Shown here: piece after piece, positions 8,449 to 19,657 of the stretch | Layout: each line of letters opens with the position of its first letter | How positions within the stretch are numbered: the first letter of the stretch is position 1 | Assembly (NCBI RefSeq): GCF_900187275.1 | Contig: NZ_LT906458.1 | Span: forward strand, 30,001 to 62,000 | Length of the DNA: 32,000 nt | Direction: 5' to 3' | Origin: Pasteurella multocida | GTDB lineage: Bacteria; Pseudomonadota; Gammaproteobacteria; Enterobacterales; Pasteurellaceae | Notes under the pieces: model-generated | What the model saw: the letters and a program-made list of their open reading frames with translations, nothing else | Told to the model about the DNA's origin: nothing | Database searches by the model: none | Program-made: the position numbers and the translations under genes

Positions 8449-10281
8449 ATGACTGAAACAACAATGACTTTCAATGATTTAGGCTTGCCTGAATTTCTTC
8501 TTAACGCCGTCTCTGACTTAGGCTTTGAAACCCCTTCTCCAATTCAACAAAGTTGTATCCCAAACCTGTTAAATGGGCATGATGTGCTAGGTATGGCACA
8601 AACTGGAAGTGGTAAAACCGCCGCCTTTTCACTCCCTTTATTAGCACAAATTGATTTAGATAAAAAATATCCACAAATGTTAGTGATGGCACCAACACGT
8701 GAGTTAGCCATCCAAGTAGCAGATGCCTGTGAGCACTTTTGCAAATATGCGAAAAATACCAATATTGTTACCCTTTATGGTGGTCAACGCTATGACATTC
8801 AATTGCGTGCTTTACGCCAAGGTGCTCAGGTTGTAGTGGGGACACCTGGTCGTATTTTAGATCACATTCGTCGTGGCACTTTAGATTTGTCTAATTTACG
8901 TTTTATGGTGTTAGATGAAGCGGACGAAATGTTACGTATGGGCTTTATTGATGATGTTGAAACGGTGATGGCAGAATTACCAGAACAACATCAGACCGCA
9001 CTTTTCTCAGCCACCATGCCAGATCCAATTCGTCGTATTACTAAGCGTTTTATGAAAGATCCAAAAGAGATCAAGATTAAATCTACCCAGACTACAAATC
9101 CAGATATTACACAGAGTTGTTGGTATGTGCATGGTTTCCGTAAAAATGATGCCTTATTACGTTTCTTAGAAGTAGAAAAATTTGATGCCGCGATTATCTT
9201 TACTCGTACTAAAACGGGGACATTAGATGTAACGGAATTGTTGGAAAAACATGGTTTCCGTGCCGCAGCATTAAATGGCGATATGACACAACAATTACGT
9301 GAACAAACGCTTGATCGTTTAAGAAATGGTAGTTTAGATATTCTTGTGGCAACCGATGTGGCGGCGCGTGGTTTAGATGTGGAACGCATTAGCCTCGTAG
9401 TGAACTATGATATTCCATTAGATGCTGAGTCTTATGTCCACCGTATTGGTCGTACAGGGCGTGCCGGACGTACAGGGCGTGCATTGTTATTTGTTGAACC
9501 AAGAGAACGTCGTTTATTACGCAATATTGAACAATTAACTAAAAAACCGATTACGGAAGTCGAAGTGCCAAATCATGAGGTACTACAAGCTTGTCGCCGT
9601 GAGAAATTTAAAGCCAAAATTACAGTCCAATTAGAGCATCATGATTTAGGGCTTTATCGTAGCTTACTAGAAGATATGTTCACCGCGGATCAAGATCAGG
9701 AAGATATTGCGGCGGCGATGCTGATGTTGTTACAAGGTAAACAAAAGCTTATTTTACCAGCCGATCCAATTATTGATCGTAAAACTTCACGCGGTGATCG
9801 TGGCGAGCGTCGTGAACGTGGTGGACGTGAAAATCCACGTTCAGCAGAGCGTCGTGGTTACGGTACACCGCAGGCGATGGATTTATATCGTATTGAAGTA
9901 GGACGTTTAGATGGCGCGGAAGTCCGTCATATTGTTGGGGCGATTGCCAATGAAGGTGATATCAATAGTCGTTATATTGGTCATATTAAATTATATGATG
10001 ATTACACCACGATTGAATTACCACAAGGTATGCCGAAAGAATTATTAGGTGTATTTGCGAAAACACGCGTGATGAACAAACAAATGCAGATGTCATTTGT
10101 GGGAGCGTCTAACGCAGGTTCAAGCCGTGATCGCGATGATTTCGCTGACCGCCGTGGTGGAAAACGTAAAGGACGCGGCGATGAACCACGTTTTGGGCGT
10201 GAAGATCGTAAATTTAAAGAAAAAAGTCAGCGCACTTTTAATGATCGCCCACGCAGAGAAAGACGTGAACGCCAAAAGTAA
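8449..10281 (+). CDS. deaD: Cold-shock DEAD-box RNA helicase DeaD/CsdA
   Basis: The product has the Q motif, [18 protein letters not shown] (VLDEADEML), SAT and [10 protein letters not shown], plus an RG/RE-rich C-terminal tail. The N-terminus [16 protein letters not shown] matches remembered H. influenzae DeaD. ATG 8464 is an alternative start. Confidence 0.93.
   Translation: MTETTMTFNDLGLPEFLLNAVSDLGFETPSPIQQSCIPNLLNGHDVLGMAQTGSGKTAAFSLPLLAQIDLDKKYPQMLVMAPTRELAIQVADACEHFCKYAKNTNIVTLYGGQRYDIQLRALRQGAQVVVGTPGRILDHIRRGTLDLSNLRFMVLDEADEMLRMGFIDDVETVMAELPEQHQTALFSATMPDPIRRITKRFMKDPKEIKIKSTQTTNPDITQSCWYVHGFRKNDALLRFLEVEKFDAAIIFTRTKTGTLDVTELLEKHGFRAAALNGDMTQQLREQTLDRLRNGSLDILVATDVAARGLDVERISLVVNYDIPLDAESYVHRIGRTGRAGRTGRALLFVEPRERRLLRNIEQLTKKPITEVEVPNHEVLQACRREKFKAKITVQLEHHDLGLYRSLLEDMFTADQDQEDIAAAMLMLLQGKQKLILPADPIIDRKTSRGDRGERRERGGRENPRSAERRGYGTPQAMDLYRIEVGRLDGAEVRHIVGAIANEGDINSRYIGHIKLYDDYTTIELPQGMPKELLGVFAKTRVMNKQMQMSFVGASNAGSSRDRDDFADRRGGKRKGRGDEPRFGREDRKFKEKSQRTFNDRPRRERRERQK
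8995..9003 (-). repeat. USS core (complement), inside deaD
   Basis: Exact 9-mer ACCGCACTT. Confidence 0.8.
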
Positions 10282-10336
10282 GTTAAGATGAGTTTAAACG
10301 AGGCGGTTGCGTACCTATTCGTTGATAAACAGTATG

Positions 10337-10370
10337 ATTGCGCCTAAGTGTCCCTTAGGCGCAATTTTTT
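10337..10370 (+). terminator. Rho-independent terminator of deaD (also abuts the modD 3' end)
   Basis: Stem ATTGCGCCTAAG / TTAGGCGCAAT has loop TGTCCC and is followed by T6. Confidence 0.8.
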
Positions 10371-10380
10371 ACTGTCTTAT

Positions 10381-11229
10381 TTATACCTGTTTTTCGATAA
10401 TCACTTTAATATCTTCTGGTGCTGCATAATAAGGTGCTGATGTAATGAAAAGTTGGATCCCGAGTTTCGCATACTCTGCCACATTATGCTTGTTAACACC
10501 TCCTGCTACAGATAAGGTAATGTTTTTATTGGCTAACGCTAATAAATGCAAGGCTTGTTTGACTTGTTCCAGCGTGAATTTATCTAATTGAATAATATCA
10601 GGATCGGCTGTCAACATTTGTTCAAATTGCACTAAGTTATCGGCTTCCAGTGTAATTTTATTTTCTGGCGCTTGTTGCTTTAGTCTTGTCACGATGCCTT
10701 GCCAATCTTCTGGATCAGAGAGGAGATTACGATGATTGGTAAATACCAAGAGGGTTTCGCTCAAGCCTTGACGGTGAATATGTCCGCCTGCGGCTAAGAC
10801 TGCATTTGTGGCTAATTTGCGCGTATTAGGAATACTTTTACGTGTACAAGCAACAACAGTAGCAGGATTAATGGCTTTCGCATTGCTAATCATTTCAGCG
10901 GTATATTGTGCAACCCCACATGACCATTCCAAGACCAATTGAACCACTTTCCACGCTTGATGTAGCTTATCAGCACTGCCTTTGGCGCTTAATAATAAGC
11001 TTCCTGCTTCGACAAATTCTCCTTCTTTCACATACACTTGTGGGTGGATGTCGAGTTTTCGGAGCAGTTTTTCCGCAATACTGATACCCGCGACGATGCC
11101 GGCATTTTTACGTTTAAAGCAAATCTCAGCGGGGATACTTTCTAATCCTAATGCATGGGTGGTGAGATCACCACGATAGATATCTTCTAATAAAAAGTCA
11201 TCGAGTTCGTTGTCTGAAAAATAAAGCAT
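10381..11229 (-). CDS. modD: ModD protein (NadC/quinolinate phosphoribosyltransferase-fold putative pyrophosphorylase)
   Basis: [27 protein letters not shown]...[13 protein letters not shown]...[11 protein letters not shown]...LSVAGGVN follows the type II PRTase/ModD pattern. Start is taken at ATG 11229, with SD AAGGAC. The longer ORF-track start (11373) would overlap the upstream ATPase by 127 nt. Confidence 0.75.
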   Translation of the reverse strand: MLYFSDNELDDFLLEDIYRGDLTTHALGLESIPAEICFKRKNAGIVAGISIAEKLLRKLDIHPQVYVKEGEFVEAGSLLLSAKGSADKLHQAWKVVQLVLEWSCGVAQYTAEMISNAKAINPATVVACTRKSIPNTRKLATNAVLAAGGHIHRQGLSETLLVFTNHRNLLSDPEDWQGIVTRLKQQAPENKITLEADNLVQFEQMLTADPDIIQLDKFTLEQVKQALHLLALANKNITLSVAGGVNKHNVAEYAKLGIQLFITSAPYYAAPEDIKVIIEKQV

Positions 11230-11246
11230 AGTGCAGTCCTTATCAA

Positions 11247-11846
11247 TTAAATAAGTTGTCCTTGGTGTAATCGAATTTGCCGATGAGAAAGGTAATCGGC
11301 CTCTTTGGGATCGTGTGTGACTAATAACGTGGTCATGTGATATGACTGCATTAAGTCCTTTAAGATTGCCCAAATATGTTGTTTGGTTTCCCAGTCTAAC
11401 GAGGAAAAAGGCTCATCAAGTAATAACAAGTCTGGAGGATTGATTAATGCACGGGCCAGTGCAGCGCGTTGTTGTTCACCGCCTGAGAGCTGATGAGGAT
11501 AACGATCACGTAAATGGGCGATTTTGAGCTTAGCCAGTAGCCTATGCTGTGCTTCGCAATCTGCGTTGGGTTGAGCTAAGCGTAAATTGCCAGATACGGT
11601 TTTGTGTGGAAATAAATACAAACGTTGATTAAGGTAGCGACAATGACGTTGCCATGGCGCAAGGTTATCAATGGGTTGTTGTGCTAGGGTAATATGACCT
11701 TGATAATCAAGATAACCAGCAATGCTATTGAGTAAGGTAGTTTTTCCACTACCAGATTGTCCTACTACAGCGACACATTCTCCTTTACTAACGTGTAAAT
11801 GGATATGACGTAAAATACCCACAGATAAATTTTCAATCTTGAGCAT
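11247..11846 (-). CDS. modC: ABC transporter ATP-binding protein, minimal NBD (199 aa, no C-terminal TOBE domain), molybdate/tungstate-type operon
   Basis: The product has Walker A (GQSGSGKTT), a Q-loop, the signature [15 protein letters not shown], Walker B ([12 protein letters not shown]) and an H-loop (VTHD). It ends right after the NBD. Confidence 0.7.
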   Translation of the reverse strand: MLKIENLSVGILRHIHLHVSKGECVAVVGQSGSGKTTLLNSIAGYLDYQGHITLAQQPIDNLAPWQRHCRYLNQRLYLFPHKTVSGNLRLAQPNADCEAQHRLLAKLKIAHLRDRYPHQLSGGEQQRAALARALINPPDLLLLDEPFSSLDWETKQHIWAILKDLMQSYHMTTLLVTHDPKEADYLSHRQIRLHQGQLI

Positions 11847-11847
11847 C

Positions 11848-12651
11848 CTAGATATTCCTATTGAGTGTACGTAAGACTAACAGTAAGCAAGCAGCAATGA
11901 ATAAAAGCCATAGTGATGCGCCTACCGCGATCTCAAAATCACCACTGGCAATATTTAAATAGACCGCCATGGGCAAGGTTTCTGTTTTAAAACGCGTAGC
12001 ACCCGCTAACATCAACGTTGCACCAAATTCCCCAATTGCTCGGGACCAAGCCAAAATCGCGCCACAAAGTAATGGTTTCCAACACATTGGTAATTCTATT
12101 TTGAGCAAGGTCTGAAGCGGTGACAAACCTAAATTGTATGCAGCGAGGCGATAGCCTGAATCTAAGCTAGAAAAAGTACCGCGAGCATTACGTAACATAA
12201 TGGAACTGGCAATATAAGTTTGTGCCACAATTATACCAAGCGGGCTGAATATCCATTGGCTAATAATGGGAATGAATTGGCTCAAGATGCCCTGTGAATT
12301 AAATAAAAGCAGTAGGCTTAAACCAGTGACCAACGGCGGTAATACCATGGGCAAATCAAGAAAAGTATCAATCAATTTTTGCAAAGGTAACCGCACTTGG
12401 CTCATGACCCATGCTGATGGGATTGCAATAAAAATAGCCAGCAGTAAAGACAGTATGGATGTCGCAAGAGACATCCATAGCGCAAAATGCAGTTCAGGAT
12501 CAGTGAGAACCAGCAGAAAAAAGGAAAAGTTGAGCTGGCTTATCAGAGCAAGCACAGACCCAATGACGACGAGCAATAAAAGTAGCAAAGGGAGTAGTGC
12601 AAGCTTTAAACTCAGACTTTTATTTAATAGGTAAGAAGCCTTCATCGACAA
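11848..12651 (-). CDS. modB: ABC transporter permease (ModB/CysTW-like)
   Basis: A polytopic membrane protein with an EAA-loop region ([26 protein letters not shown]...[16 protein letters not shown]), typical of ModB. Its stop lies 1 nt from the ATPase start. Its 5' end overlaps the binding-protein gene by 26-32 nt. Confidence 0.75.
   Translation of the reverse strand: MSMKASYLLNKSLSLKLALLPLLLLLLVVIGSVLALISQLNFSFFLLVLTDPELHFALWMSLATSILSLLLAIFIAIPSAWVMSQVRLPLQKLIDTFLDLPMVLPPLVTGLSLLLLFNSQGILSQFIPIISQWIFSPLGIIVAQTYIASSIMLRNARGTFSSLDSGYRLAAYNLGLSPLQTLLKIELPMCWKPLLCGAILAWSRAIGEFGATLMLAGATRFKTETLPMAVYLNIASGDFEIAVGASLWLLFIAACLLLVLRTLNRNI
12390..12398 (-). repeat. USS core (complement), inside the modB-like gene
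   Basis: Exact 9-mer ACCGCACTT. Confidence 0.8.
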
Positions 12652-13357
12652 AATATTTCACACCTTGTTCTGAGTTAAAAAGGTCAAGTAACTGTTTGGC
12701 TTCTTTCGGATGTTTAGTGGAAGCAAGCAGGGCAATAGTGACTTTTTCTTCTGGCGTACCTGCTGGATTTGGTAATAAATCGACTTTATCACGTACTTTC
12801 CACGCACCAGAACGTCCGACTACGGCAGCATCCACATCGCCGTTTAATAAATAGAGCATCAACTGTTTGACCGTCGCCGCTTTGACGACAATTTTGTCAT
12901 TCAACTGTGCTTGATAACCCGAGAGTTCAAGTATTTTTTCCGCCCCTTTACCGAGCGCCATAGCTTTGCTATCACCAATCCCTAAACGCAGATTGCTTTC
13001 GGCAAGGGCTTTAAAGGAATCAATTCCAGCGCTTTTTTCTTTACGAATAGCCATTACGGGAATGTGCAGCACTAATGGCGCCGATTCTTTCACGTCACCT
13101 GTTTTTTCCAATTTTTCTACATAATCACTTGAGCCGGGTAAATAGAGATCGCCCGTTTTTACCGTGTTATAGCGTGCCAATAATTGTCCTGAGCCACCGT
13201 ATTCAATCGTGACGTTGTTGCCAGTTTCTTTTTCAAATTGTTTGACAATTTTTTCAACAGGATCTTTTAAGCCGGCACCAGCATAAAGGTAAAGCTCAGC
13301 GGCTTGTGCTGAAAATGTCGCTGTGATAAGAGTTGAAAGTACAATCAATTTTTTCAT
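12620..13357 (-). CDS. modA: Periplasmic molybdate/tungstate-type substrate-binding protein (ModA-like)
   Basis: A Sec signal peptide (MKKLIVLSTLITATFSAQA|AE) is followed by the ModA-like pattern LYAGAGL...YGGSGQL. SD AAGGAG lies upstream. It is the first gene of the four-gene minus-strand operon. Confidence 0.7.
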   Translation of the reverse strand: MKKLIVLSTLITATFSAQAAELYLYAGAGLKDPVEKIVKQFEKETGNNVTIEYGGSGQLLARYNTVKTGDLYLPGSSDYVEKLEKTGDVKESAPLVLHIPVMAIRKEKSAGIDSFKALAESNLRLGIGDSKAMALGKGAEKILELSGYQAQLNDKIVVKAATVKQLMLYLLNGDVDAAVVGRSGAWKVRDKVDLLPNPAGTPEEKVTIALLASTKHPKEAKQLLDLFNSEQGVKYFVDEGFLPIK

Positions 13358-13399
13358 GGTTATCTCCTTTGCATAAAAATGGGATAACTATAACATAAT

Positions 13400-13423
13400 C
13401 ATTATATAAAATGTAATATACCG
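13400..13423 (-). promoter_or_regulatory. Candidate ModE-type operator overlapping the -10 of the modA-like operon promoter
   Basis: The minus strand reads CGGTATAT-N8-ATATAATG. The remembered E. coli modA operator is CGTTATAT-N8-ACATAACG. The right half contains TATAAT (complement of 13401-13406), about 45 nt upstream of the ATG. Confidence 0.4.
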
Positions 13424-13433
13424 AATTTAACGA

Positions 13434-13471
13434 ATAAAAAAGGATTGAGCGTTATACTCAATCCTTTTTTC
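13434..13471 (-). terminator. Rho-independent terminator of groESL
   Basis: Stem AGGATTGAG / CTCAATCCT has a 7-nt loop and is flanked by an A-run and a T-run, so it is bidirectional in form. It lies 23 nt after the groEL stop. Confidence 0.85.
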
Positions 13472-13493
13472 GTATGTGAAAAGGGGGGGGAGA

Positions 13494-15131
<1,638 letters not shown>

Positions 15132-15223
15132 TTATCTTCCTCTCATTTCGAATCTTGTTATGTAAATTGCTATTTTAAGTTTGTTTATTTATAGAAATAA
15201 CGATTTCGTGTTGTTGATAAAAA

Positions 15224-15514
15224 TTATTCAACAATGGCTAAAATATCGTTTTCAGAAATAATTAACACTTCTTCGCCATCAATTTTTTCTGCTTTCACGC
15301 CATAACCGTCATTGAAAATCACGGTATCGCCGACTTTCACATCTAAAGGTTGTACTGTACCATTTTCTAAGATGCGACCTTTACCCACGGCTAATACTTT
15401 TGCACGTGTTGATTTTGTTGCAGCAGAGCCGGTCAACACAATCCCCCCTGCTGAGCGGGTTTCCACTTCTTCACGTTTGATGATCACACGGTCATGTAAT
15501 GGACGAATATTCAT
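15224..15514 (-). CDS. groS: Co-chaperonin GroES (Hsp10)
   Basis: [32 protein letters not shown]...[11 protein letters not shown], 96 aa. Confidence 0.99.
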   Translation of the reverse strand: MNIRPLHDRVIIKREEVETRSAGGIVLTGSAATKSTRAKVLAVGKGRILENGTVQPLDVKVGDTVIFNDGYGVKAEKIDGEEVLIISENDILAIVE

Positions 15515-15560
15515 TGAATTACTCCTTAATTAAATTATGTTTTTGATGAAACGTTTCCCT

Positions 15561-15590
15561 AATATGAGGGAAAATTTGTCTGTTTCAAGG
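15561..15590 (-). promoter_or_regulatory. sigma32 heat-shock promoter of groESL
   Basis: The minus strand reads TTTCCCCCTTGAA-N13-CCCTCATAT. The remembered E. coli groE P(sigma32) is TTTCCCCCTTGAA-N13-CCCCATTT, with the same spacing. Confidence 0.8.
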
Positions 15591-15602
15591 GGGAAAATAA
15601 AA

Positions 15603-16073
15603 TTATTTTATTCTTTTATCTTCATCCACTTGTTTTTCGTATTCGGCTTCAAACACCTCGCCTTCTGACTGGCTGTGATTCGCTTTCTGGCTGTAGCGGA
15701 AGAAACGGCTACGCACTATATGGATCTTGTTGGTTATCAGTTTTTCAATCCAGAGGCTAGTGATCGGGATTAATAAAAATAATGCGATTAAATCGGTCAA
15801 AAAGCCGGGAATAAAGAAAAGGATACCGGCTACAATCCAAATGCCAGATTTTAATAACGCACGTGTCGGGATTTCGCCTTGGGATAATTGTTTTTGTACA
15901 TTTAATAAGGTATACCAACCACGAGCTCGGATCATGAAGAGCCCGAAAAGCGATGATAAAATGAGTAACAGAATGAGACTCAATACGCCAATATTCGATC
16001 CTATCCAAACTAAAAGTGACAATTCGGTATAGATAAATAAAAAAGCGATAAAAAGAAAGAGAACCAGAGGCAT
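15603..16073 (-). CDS. fxsA: FxsA inner-membrane protein
   Basis: MPLVLFLFIAFLFIYTELSLL...FFIPGFLTDLIALFLLIP matches the FxsA pattern (PGFxTD). SD GAGGAA precedes ATG 16073. The aspA-fxsA-groSL neighbourhood matches E. coli. Confidence 0.85.
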   Translation of the reverse strand: MPLVLFLFIAFLFIYTELSLLVWIGSNIGVLSLILLLILSSLFGLFMIRARGWYTLLNVQKQLSQGEIPTRALLKSGIWIVAGILFFIPGFLTDLIALFLLIPITSLWIEKLITNKIHIVRSRFFRYSQKANHSQSEGEVFEAEYEKQVDEDKRIK

Positions 16074-16142
16074 TGTTGTTTCCTCGCTGTATGCACGTTT
16101 GTGAGATGTTGTTATAAATGGGAGCAAATTAGCCAAATTTCA

Positions 16143-16151
16143 ACCGCACTT
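16143..16151 (-). repeat. USS core (complement), intergenic fxsA/AbgT
   Basis: Exact 9-mer ACCGCACTT. Confidence 0.8.
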
Positions 16152-16157
16152 TAGCAT

Positions 16158-16196
16158 AAAAATAAAGCTCACAGGGTTGTGAGCTTTATTTTTAAT
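16158..16196 (-). terminator. Rho-independent terminator after the AbgT-family gene (bidirectional form)
   Basis: Stem AAAGCTCACA / TGTGAGCTTT has loop GGGT and is flanked by an A-run and a T-run. A USS complement sits at 16143-16151 next to it. Confidence 0.8.
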
Positions 16197-16203
16197 TTTG
16201 CAC

Positions 16204-17775
16204 TTATTGCGCTGGGTAGAACATTGGCGAGTTAGGACCGACCGGTAAGCCTAACACGAAGACCCAAATAAAGAACATCGCAGACCATGCCACTAAGAAG
16301 GCAACAGAGTACGGTAACATCATTGACACAAGCGTACCGACCCCCGCATCTTTCTTATATTTCAATACGGTTGCCATGATCAAGCCAAAGTAGCTCATCA
16401 TTGGGGTGATGATATTGGTTACGGAATCACCGATACGGTAAGCCGCTTGAATGATTTCAGGTGAATAACCGGTTAACATCAGCATTGGCACAAAGATCGG
16501 TGCAGTAACAGCCCATTGTGCAGAGGCAGAACCAATCATTAAGTTAATGAAAGCACAGATCAAGATGAAGCCCATAAAGAGGATACCGCCATGTAAGCCT
16601 ACTTCATTTAGGAAGTTAGCGCCTTTTACCGCGATATATTGACCAATATTGGTCCAGTTAAAGAAGGCGACGAATTGTGACGCGAAGAAGATAATCACAA
16701 GGTATAGTCCTAATGTACTCATGGCTTCAGCCATCGCATTGACCACATCTTTTTCGCTACGAATACTTTTTGTCACAATCCCATAAACCGTACCCGGAAT
16801 AGCAAAGAGAATGAAGATAAAGGCAACGATCGATTTTAAGAATGGTGAACCTGTGACTAAACCTGTTTTTGGATCACGTAAAATGCCATTTTCAGGGACC
16901 ACAGTCCAAGCTAATAGTGCACATAAAATTAAGAAGACTAAACCCGCGTATCTTAATCCTTTACGCTCTAATGGAGAAACTTCATTCGAGTGCTGTAAAT
17001 CCAGTTCTTCTTGTGAAAGATGACTGTTATAAGGACCTAATTGTGGTTCCACGATTTTTTCTGTAATGAAATAACCAATAAACGCAATCACAAAGGTACT
17101 GGCAGCCATGAAGAACCAGTTGGCTTCAGGACCTACCGTATAAGTTGGATCGATAATTTGTGCAGCTTGTTGCGTGATCCCTGCGAGTAATGGATCAATC
17201 GTACCTAATAAGAGGTTGGCGGAGTAACCACCAGATACCCCCGCAAATGCAGCAGCAAGACCCGCTAATGGATGGCGACCTAATGAGTGAAAAATAATGG
17301 CAGCTAAAGGAATGAGGACAACATAACCTAATTCAGAGGCGGTGTTCGATAGAATCCCCGCAAAAACAATAGTGAACGTTGTCAATTTACGTGGTGATTT
17401 GGTGACCAATAAACGCATGACGGCAGAAAGAAGCCCTGCTTTTTCAGCAATACCGACCCCTAATAATGCCACCAATACTGTGCCTAATGGGGCAAAGTTA
17501 GTAAAGTTTTTCACCAAATTAGTCAAAATTCTGCTTAAGCCTTCGGCATTTAGCAAACTGACGACGTAAATCATCCCGTCAGCCGCACGTCCTTTAACGC
17601 CTTCCGGACGAGGGTCTGCAACGGCTAGACCAAAATATTCCCCTAATGCAGAAGTAATTAATAATAAAACAATAAAAATCATAAAAAGGGTAACGGGGTG
17701 GGGTAACATGTTACCGAGCCATTCCACCGTATGAAGAAATTTACTGCCTTTCTTTTGTTGTTGTGTTGTAGTCAT
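16204..17775 (-). CDS. AbgT/MtrF-family transporter (p-aminobenzoyl-glutamate transporter family)
   Basis: A 523-aa polytopic protein. LHTVEWLGNMLPHPVTLF...FAPLGTVLVALLGVGIAEKAGL...SNTASELGYVVLIPLAA are characteristic AbgT-family blocks. Confidence 0.85.
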   Translation of the reverse strand: MTTTQQQKKGSKFLHTVEWLGNMLPHPVTLFMIFIVLLLITSALGEYFGLAVADPRPEGVKGRAADGMIYVVSLLNAEGLSRILTNLVKNFTNFAPLGTVLVALLGVGIAEKAGLLSAVMRLLVTKSPRKLTTFTIVFAGILSNTASELGYVVLIPLAAIIFHSLGRHPLAGLAAAFAGVSGGYSANLLLGTIDPLLAGITQQAAQIIDPTYTVGPEANWFFMAASTFVIAFIGYFITEKIVEPQLGPYNSHLSQEELDLQHSNEVSPLERKGLRYAGLVFLILCALLAWTVVPENGILRDPKTGLVTGSPFLKSIVAFIFILFAIPGTVYGIVTKSIRSEKDVVNAMAEAMSTLGLYLVIIFFASQFVAFFNWTNIGQYIAVKGANFLNEVGLHGGILFMGFILICAFINLMIGSASAQWAVTAPIFVPMLMLTGYSPEIIQAAYRIGDSVTNIITPMMSYFGLIMATVLKYKKDAGVGTLVSMMLPYSVAFLVAWSAMFFIWVFVLGLPVGPNSPMFYPAQ

Positions 17776-18020
17776 GTGTAGTCCTTCTATATTTTAATGA
17801 TACAAGGGCTATGCTCATTTTTCGCCCAACTGCAATCTAACACGATATATGTCACATTCAAATAAAATTTTTAACAAAGTGTTAACAGGATCAAATTATT
17901 TCTTTTCTATTTCTGTTAACCTATTAACGCCCCACGTATCAATTTTTATTTTGCGAGGCATTTCGGATAAGTAAAACTAATCCGAATGATAAAAATATGT
18001 CGTGGGGTCAATCTGTAAAA

Positions 18021-18064
18021 TGTGACGGCGATCAAATATTTAGCAAAGTTATTTCCATTATAAT
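18021..18064 (+). promoter_or_regulatory. Candidate class II CRP/FNR-type activated promoter of aspA
   Basis: TGTGA-CGGCGA-TCAAA (18021-18036) matches the CRP consensus TGTGA-N6-TCACA with one mismatch. The right half also reads ATCAA, the FNR half-site. TATAAT at 18059-18064 places the site centre near -41. Confidence 0.45.
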
Positions 18065-18103
18065 AGGCATTAACTTGTTCATCACTCGAAATGGAGGGTA
18101 ATA

Positions 18104-19522
18104 ATGACAGTAACAAGAAAAGAAGTGGATTTACTCGGAGAACGTGAAGTACCAGCAGACGTATACTGGGGAATTCATACCTTAAGAGCGGTAGAAAATT
18201 TTAATATTTCAAATGCGGTTATCTCAGATGTGCCTGATTTTGTACGCGGTATGGTGATGGTGAAAAAGGCGACCGCCTTAGCAAACGGTGAATTAGGGGC
18301 GATTCCTGATAAAATTGCAAAAGCGATTGTAGCTGCTTGTGATGAAATCTTAACCACAGGCAAATGCTTAGATCAATTCCCGTCAGATATTTATCAAGGC
18401 GGTGCGGGTACCTCAGTGAATATGAATACGAATGAGGTTGTGGCGAATTTGGCGTTAGAGTTATTAGGACATAAGAAAGGGGAATACCAATATTTAGATC
18501 CAATGGATCATGTTAACGCTAGCCAATCAACCAATGACGCCTATCCAACAGGTTTCCGTATTGCTGTCTATAACAGTATTATGAAGCTCGTGGCAAAAGT
18601 GCTTTATTTACAACAAGGTTTTGAAAATAAAGCAAAAGAATTTTCGCACATTCTTAAAATGGGACGTACGCAATTACAAGATGCTGTGCCAATGACAGTA
18701 GGACAAGAATTTAAAGCCTTCTCTGTTTTATTAGATGAAGAAGTTCGCAATTTAACACGCACAGCAGAATACTTATTAGAAGTTAATTTAGGTGCGACAG
18801 CAATTGGTACGGGCTTAAATACACCAAAAGGGTATGCGCCATTAGCGGTCAAATACCTGTCTGAAGTCACAGGATTACCTTGTGTATTAGCTGAAAACTT
18901 AATCGAAGCTACCTCGGATTGTGGGGCGTATGTGATGGTGCACGGTGCATTAAAACGTACTGCGGTGAAACTATCAAAAGTATGTAATGACTTACGTCTA
19001 TTATCTTCGGGTCCGCGTGCAGGGTTAAATGAGATTAATTTGCCTGAATTACAAGCGGGTTCATCGATTATGCCAGCAAAAGTCAACCCAGTGGTACCCG
19101 AAGTGGTTAACCAAGTTTGCTATAAAGTGATGGGGAACGATATTACCATTACCTTTGCCGCAGAGGCTGGACAATTACAATTAAACGTCATGGAGCCAGT
19201 GATTGCACAAGCGATGTTTGAATCTATTGATATTTTGACCAATGCTTGTGTGAATTTACGCGATAAATGTATTGATGGTATTACGGTGAATAAAGAAACT
19301 TGTGAAAACTATGTCTTTAATTCTATCGGTATCGTGACTTATTTAAATCCATTTATTGGACACCATAATGGTGACTTAGTCGGTAAAATCTGTGCGAAAA
19401 CAGGGCGCGGAGTGAAAGAGGTCGTACTCGAAAAAGGACTCCTCACAGAAGCAGAATTAGATGATATTCTCTCAGTGGAGAACTTAATGAATCCAACCTA
19501 TAAAGCGAAGTTGAATAAATAA
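18104..19522 (+). CDS. aspA: Aspartate ammonia-lyase
   Basis: A 472-aa ORF with the fumarate-lyase signature [12 protein letters not shown] and [18 protein letters not shown] lies upstream. Confidence 0.97.
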   Translation: MTVTRKEVDLLGEREVPADVYWGIHTLRAVENFNISNAVISDVPDFVRGMVMVKKATALANGELGAIPDKIAKAIVAACDEILTTGKCLDQFPSDIYQGGAGTSVNMNTNEVVANLALELLGHKKGEYQYLDPMDHVNASQSTNDAYPTGFRIAVYNSIMKLVAKVLYLQQGFENKAKEFSHILKMGRTQLQDAVPMTVGQEFKAFSVLLDEEVRNLTRTAEYLLEVNLGATAIGTGLNTPKGYAPLAVKYLSEVTGLPCVLAENLIEATSDCGAYVMVHGALKRTAVKLSKVCNDLRLLSSGPRAGLNEINLPELQAGSSIMPAKVNPVVPEVVNQVCYKVMGNDITITFAAEAGQLQLNVMEPVIAQAMFESIDILTNACVNLRDKCIDGITVNKETCENYVFNSIGIVTYLNPFIGHHNGDLVGKICAKTGRGVKEVVLEKGLLTEAELDDILSVENLMNPTYKAKLNK

Positions 19523-19544
19523 CTTGCAAAATAACTGTTAATTT

Positions 19545-19584
19545 AACCGCACTTTGAGCTTGCTTAAAGTGCGGTTTCTTTTTT
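19545..19584 (+). terminator. Rho-independent terminator of aspA formed by an inverted USS pair
   Basis: Stem AACCGCACTTT / AAAGTGCGGTT has a 10-nt loop and is followed by TCTTTTTT. USS cores lie at 19546-19554 (complement) and 19567-19575. Confidence 0.85.
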
Positions 19585-19610
19585 GGAAATTTTCTTTGTT
19601 ATACCTCGAC

Positions 19611-19640
19611 AAGAAAAAATGGCACTTTACCGTGCCATTT
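19611..19640 (-). terminator. Rho-independent terminator of glyS
   Basis: The minus strand reads AAATGGCAC-GGTAAA-GTGCCATTT followed by a T-run, 18 nt after the glyS stop. Confidence 0.8.
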
Positions 19641-19657
19641 CGTGATGCGGTTATCTA

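Noticed and set aside
10381-11373. 330-aa version of the ModD ORF, and the 5' extensions of the ORFs for argE (479), pnp (5100), nlpI (7397), deaD (8416), fxsA (16136), menB (25643) and yhdT (30490)
   Set aside because: The extensions overlap upstream genes or regulatory elements, lack an SD and have no counterpart in homologues. Internal starts with an SD match the homologue N-termini.
13482-13489. G8 homopolymer (C8 on the coding strand) right after the groEL stop codon
   Set aside because: It lies in the groEL 3' UTR, upstream of the terminator and outside the modA-like promoter spacer. Length changes would therefore alter neither a reading frame nor -35/-10 spacing. It is unlikely to be a phase-variation switch, though it may be a sequencing-error hotspot.
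18604-19086. 160-aa minus-strand ORF inside aspA, plus similar antisense ORFs at 14764-15165 (groEL), 8991-9389 (deaD), 21366-21779 (glyS), 12266-12634 (permease) and 28485-28757 (accB hinge)
   Set aside because: All are shadow ORFs opposite strongly conserved genes. Their biased composition mirrors the sense codons, and they have no translation signals.
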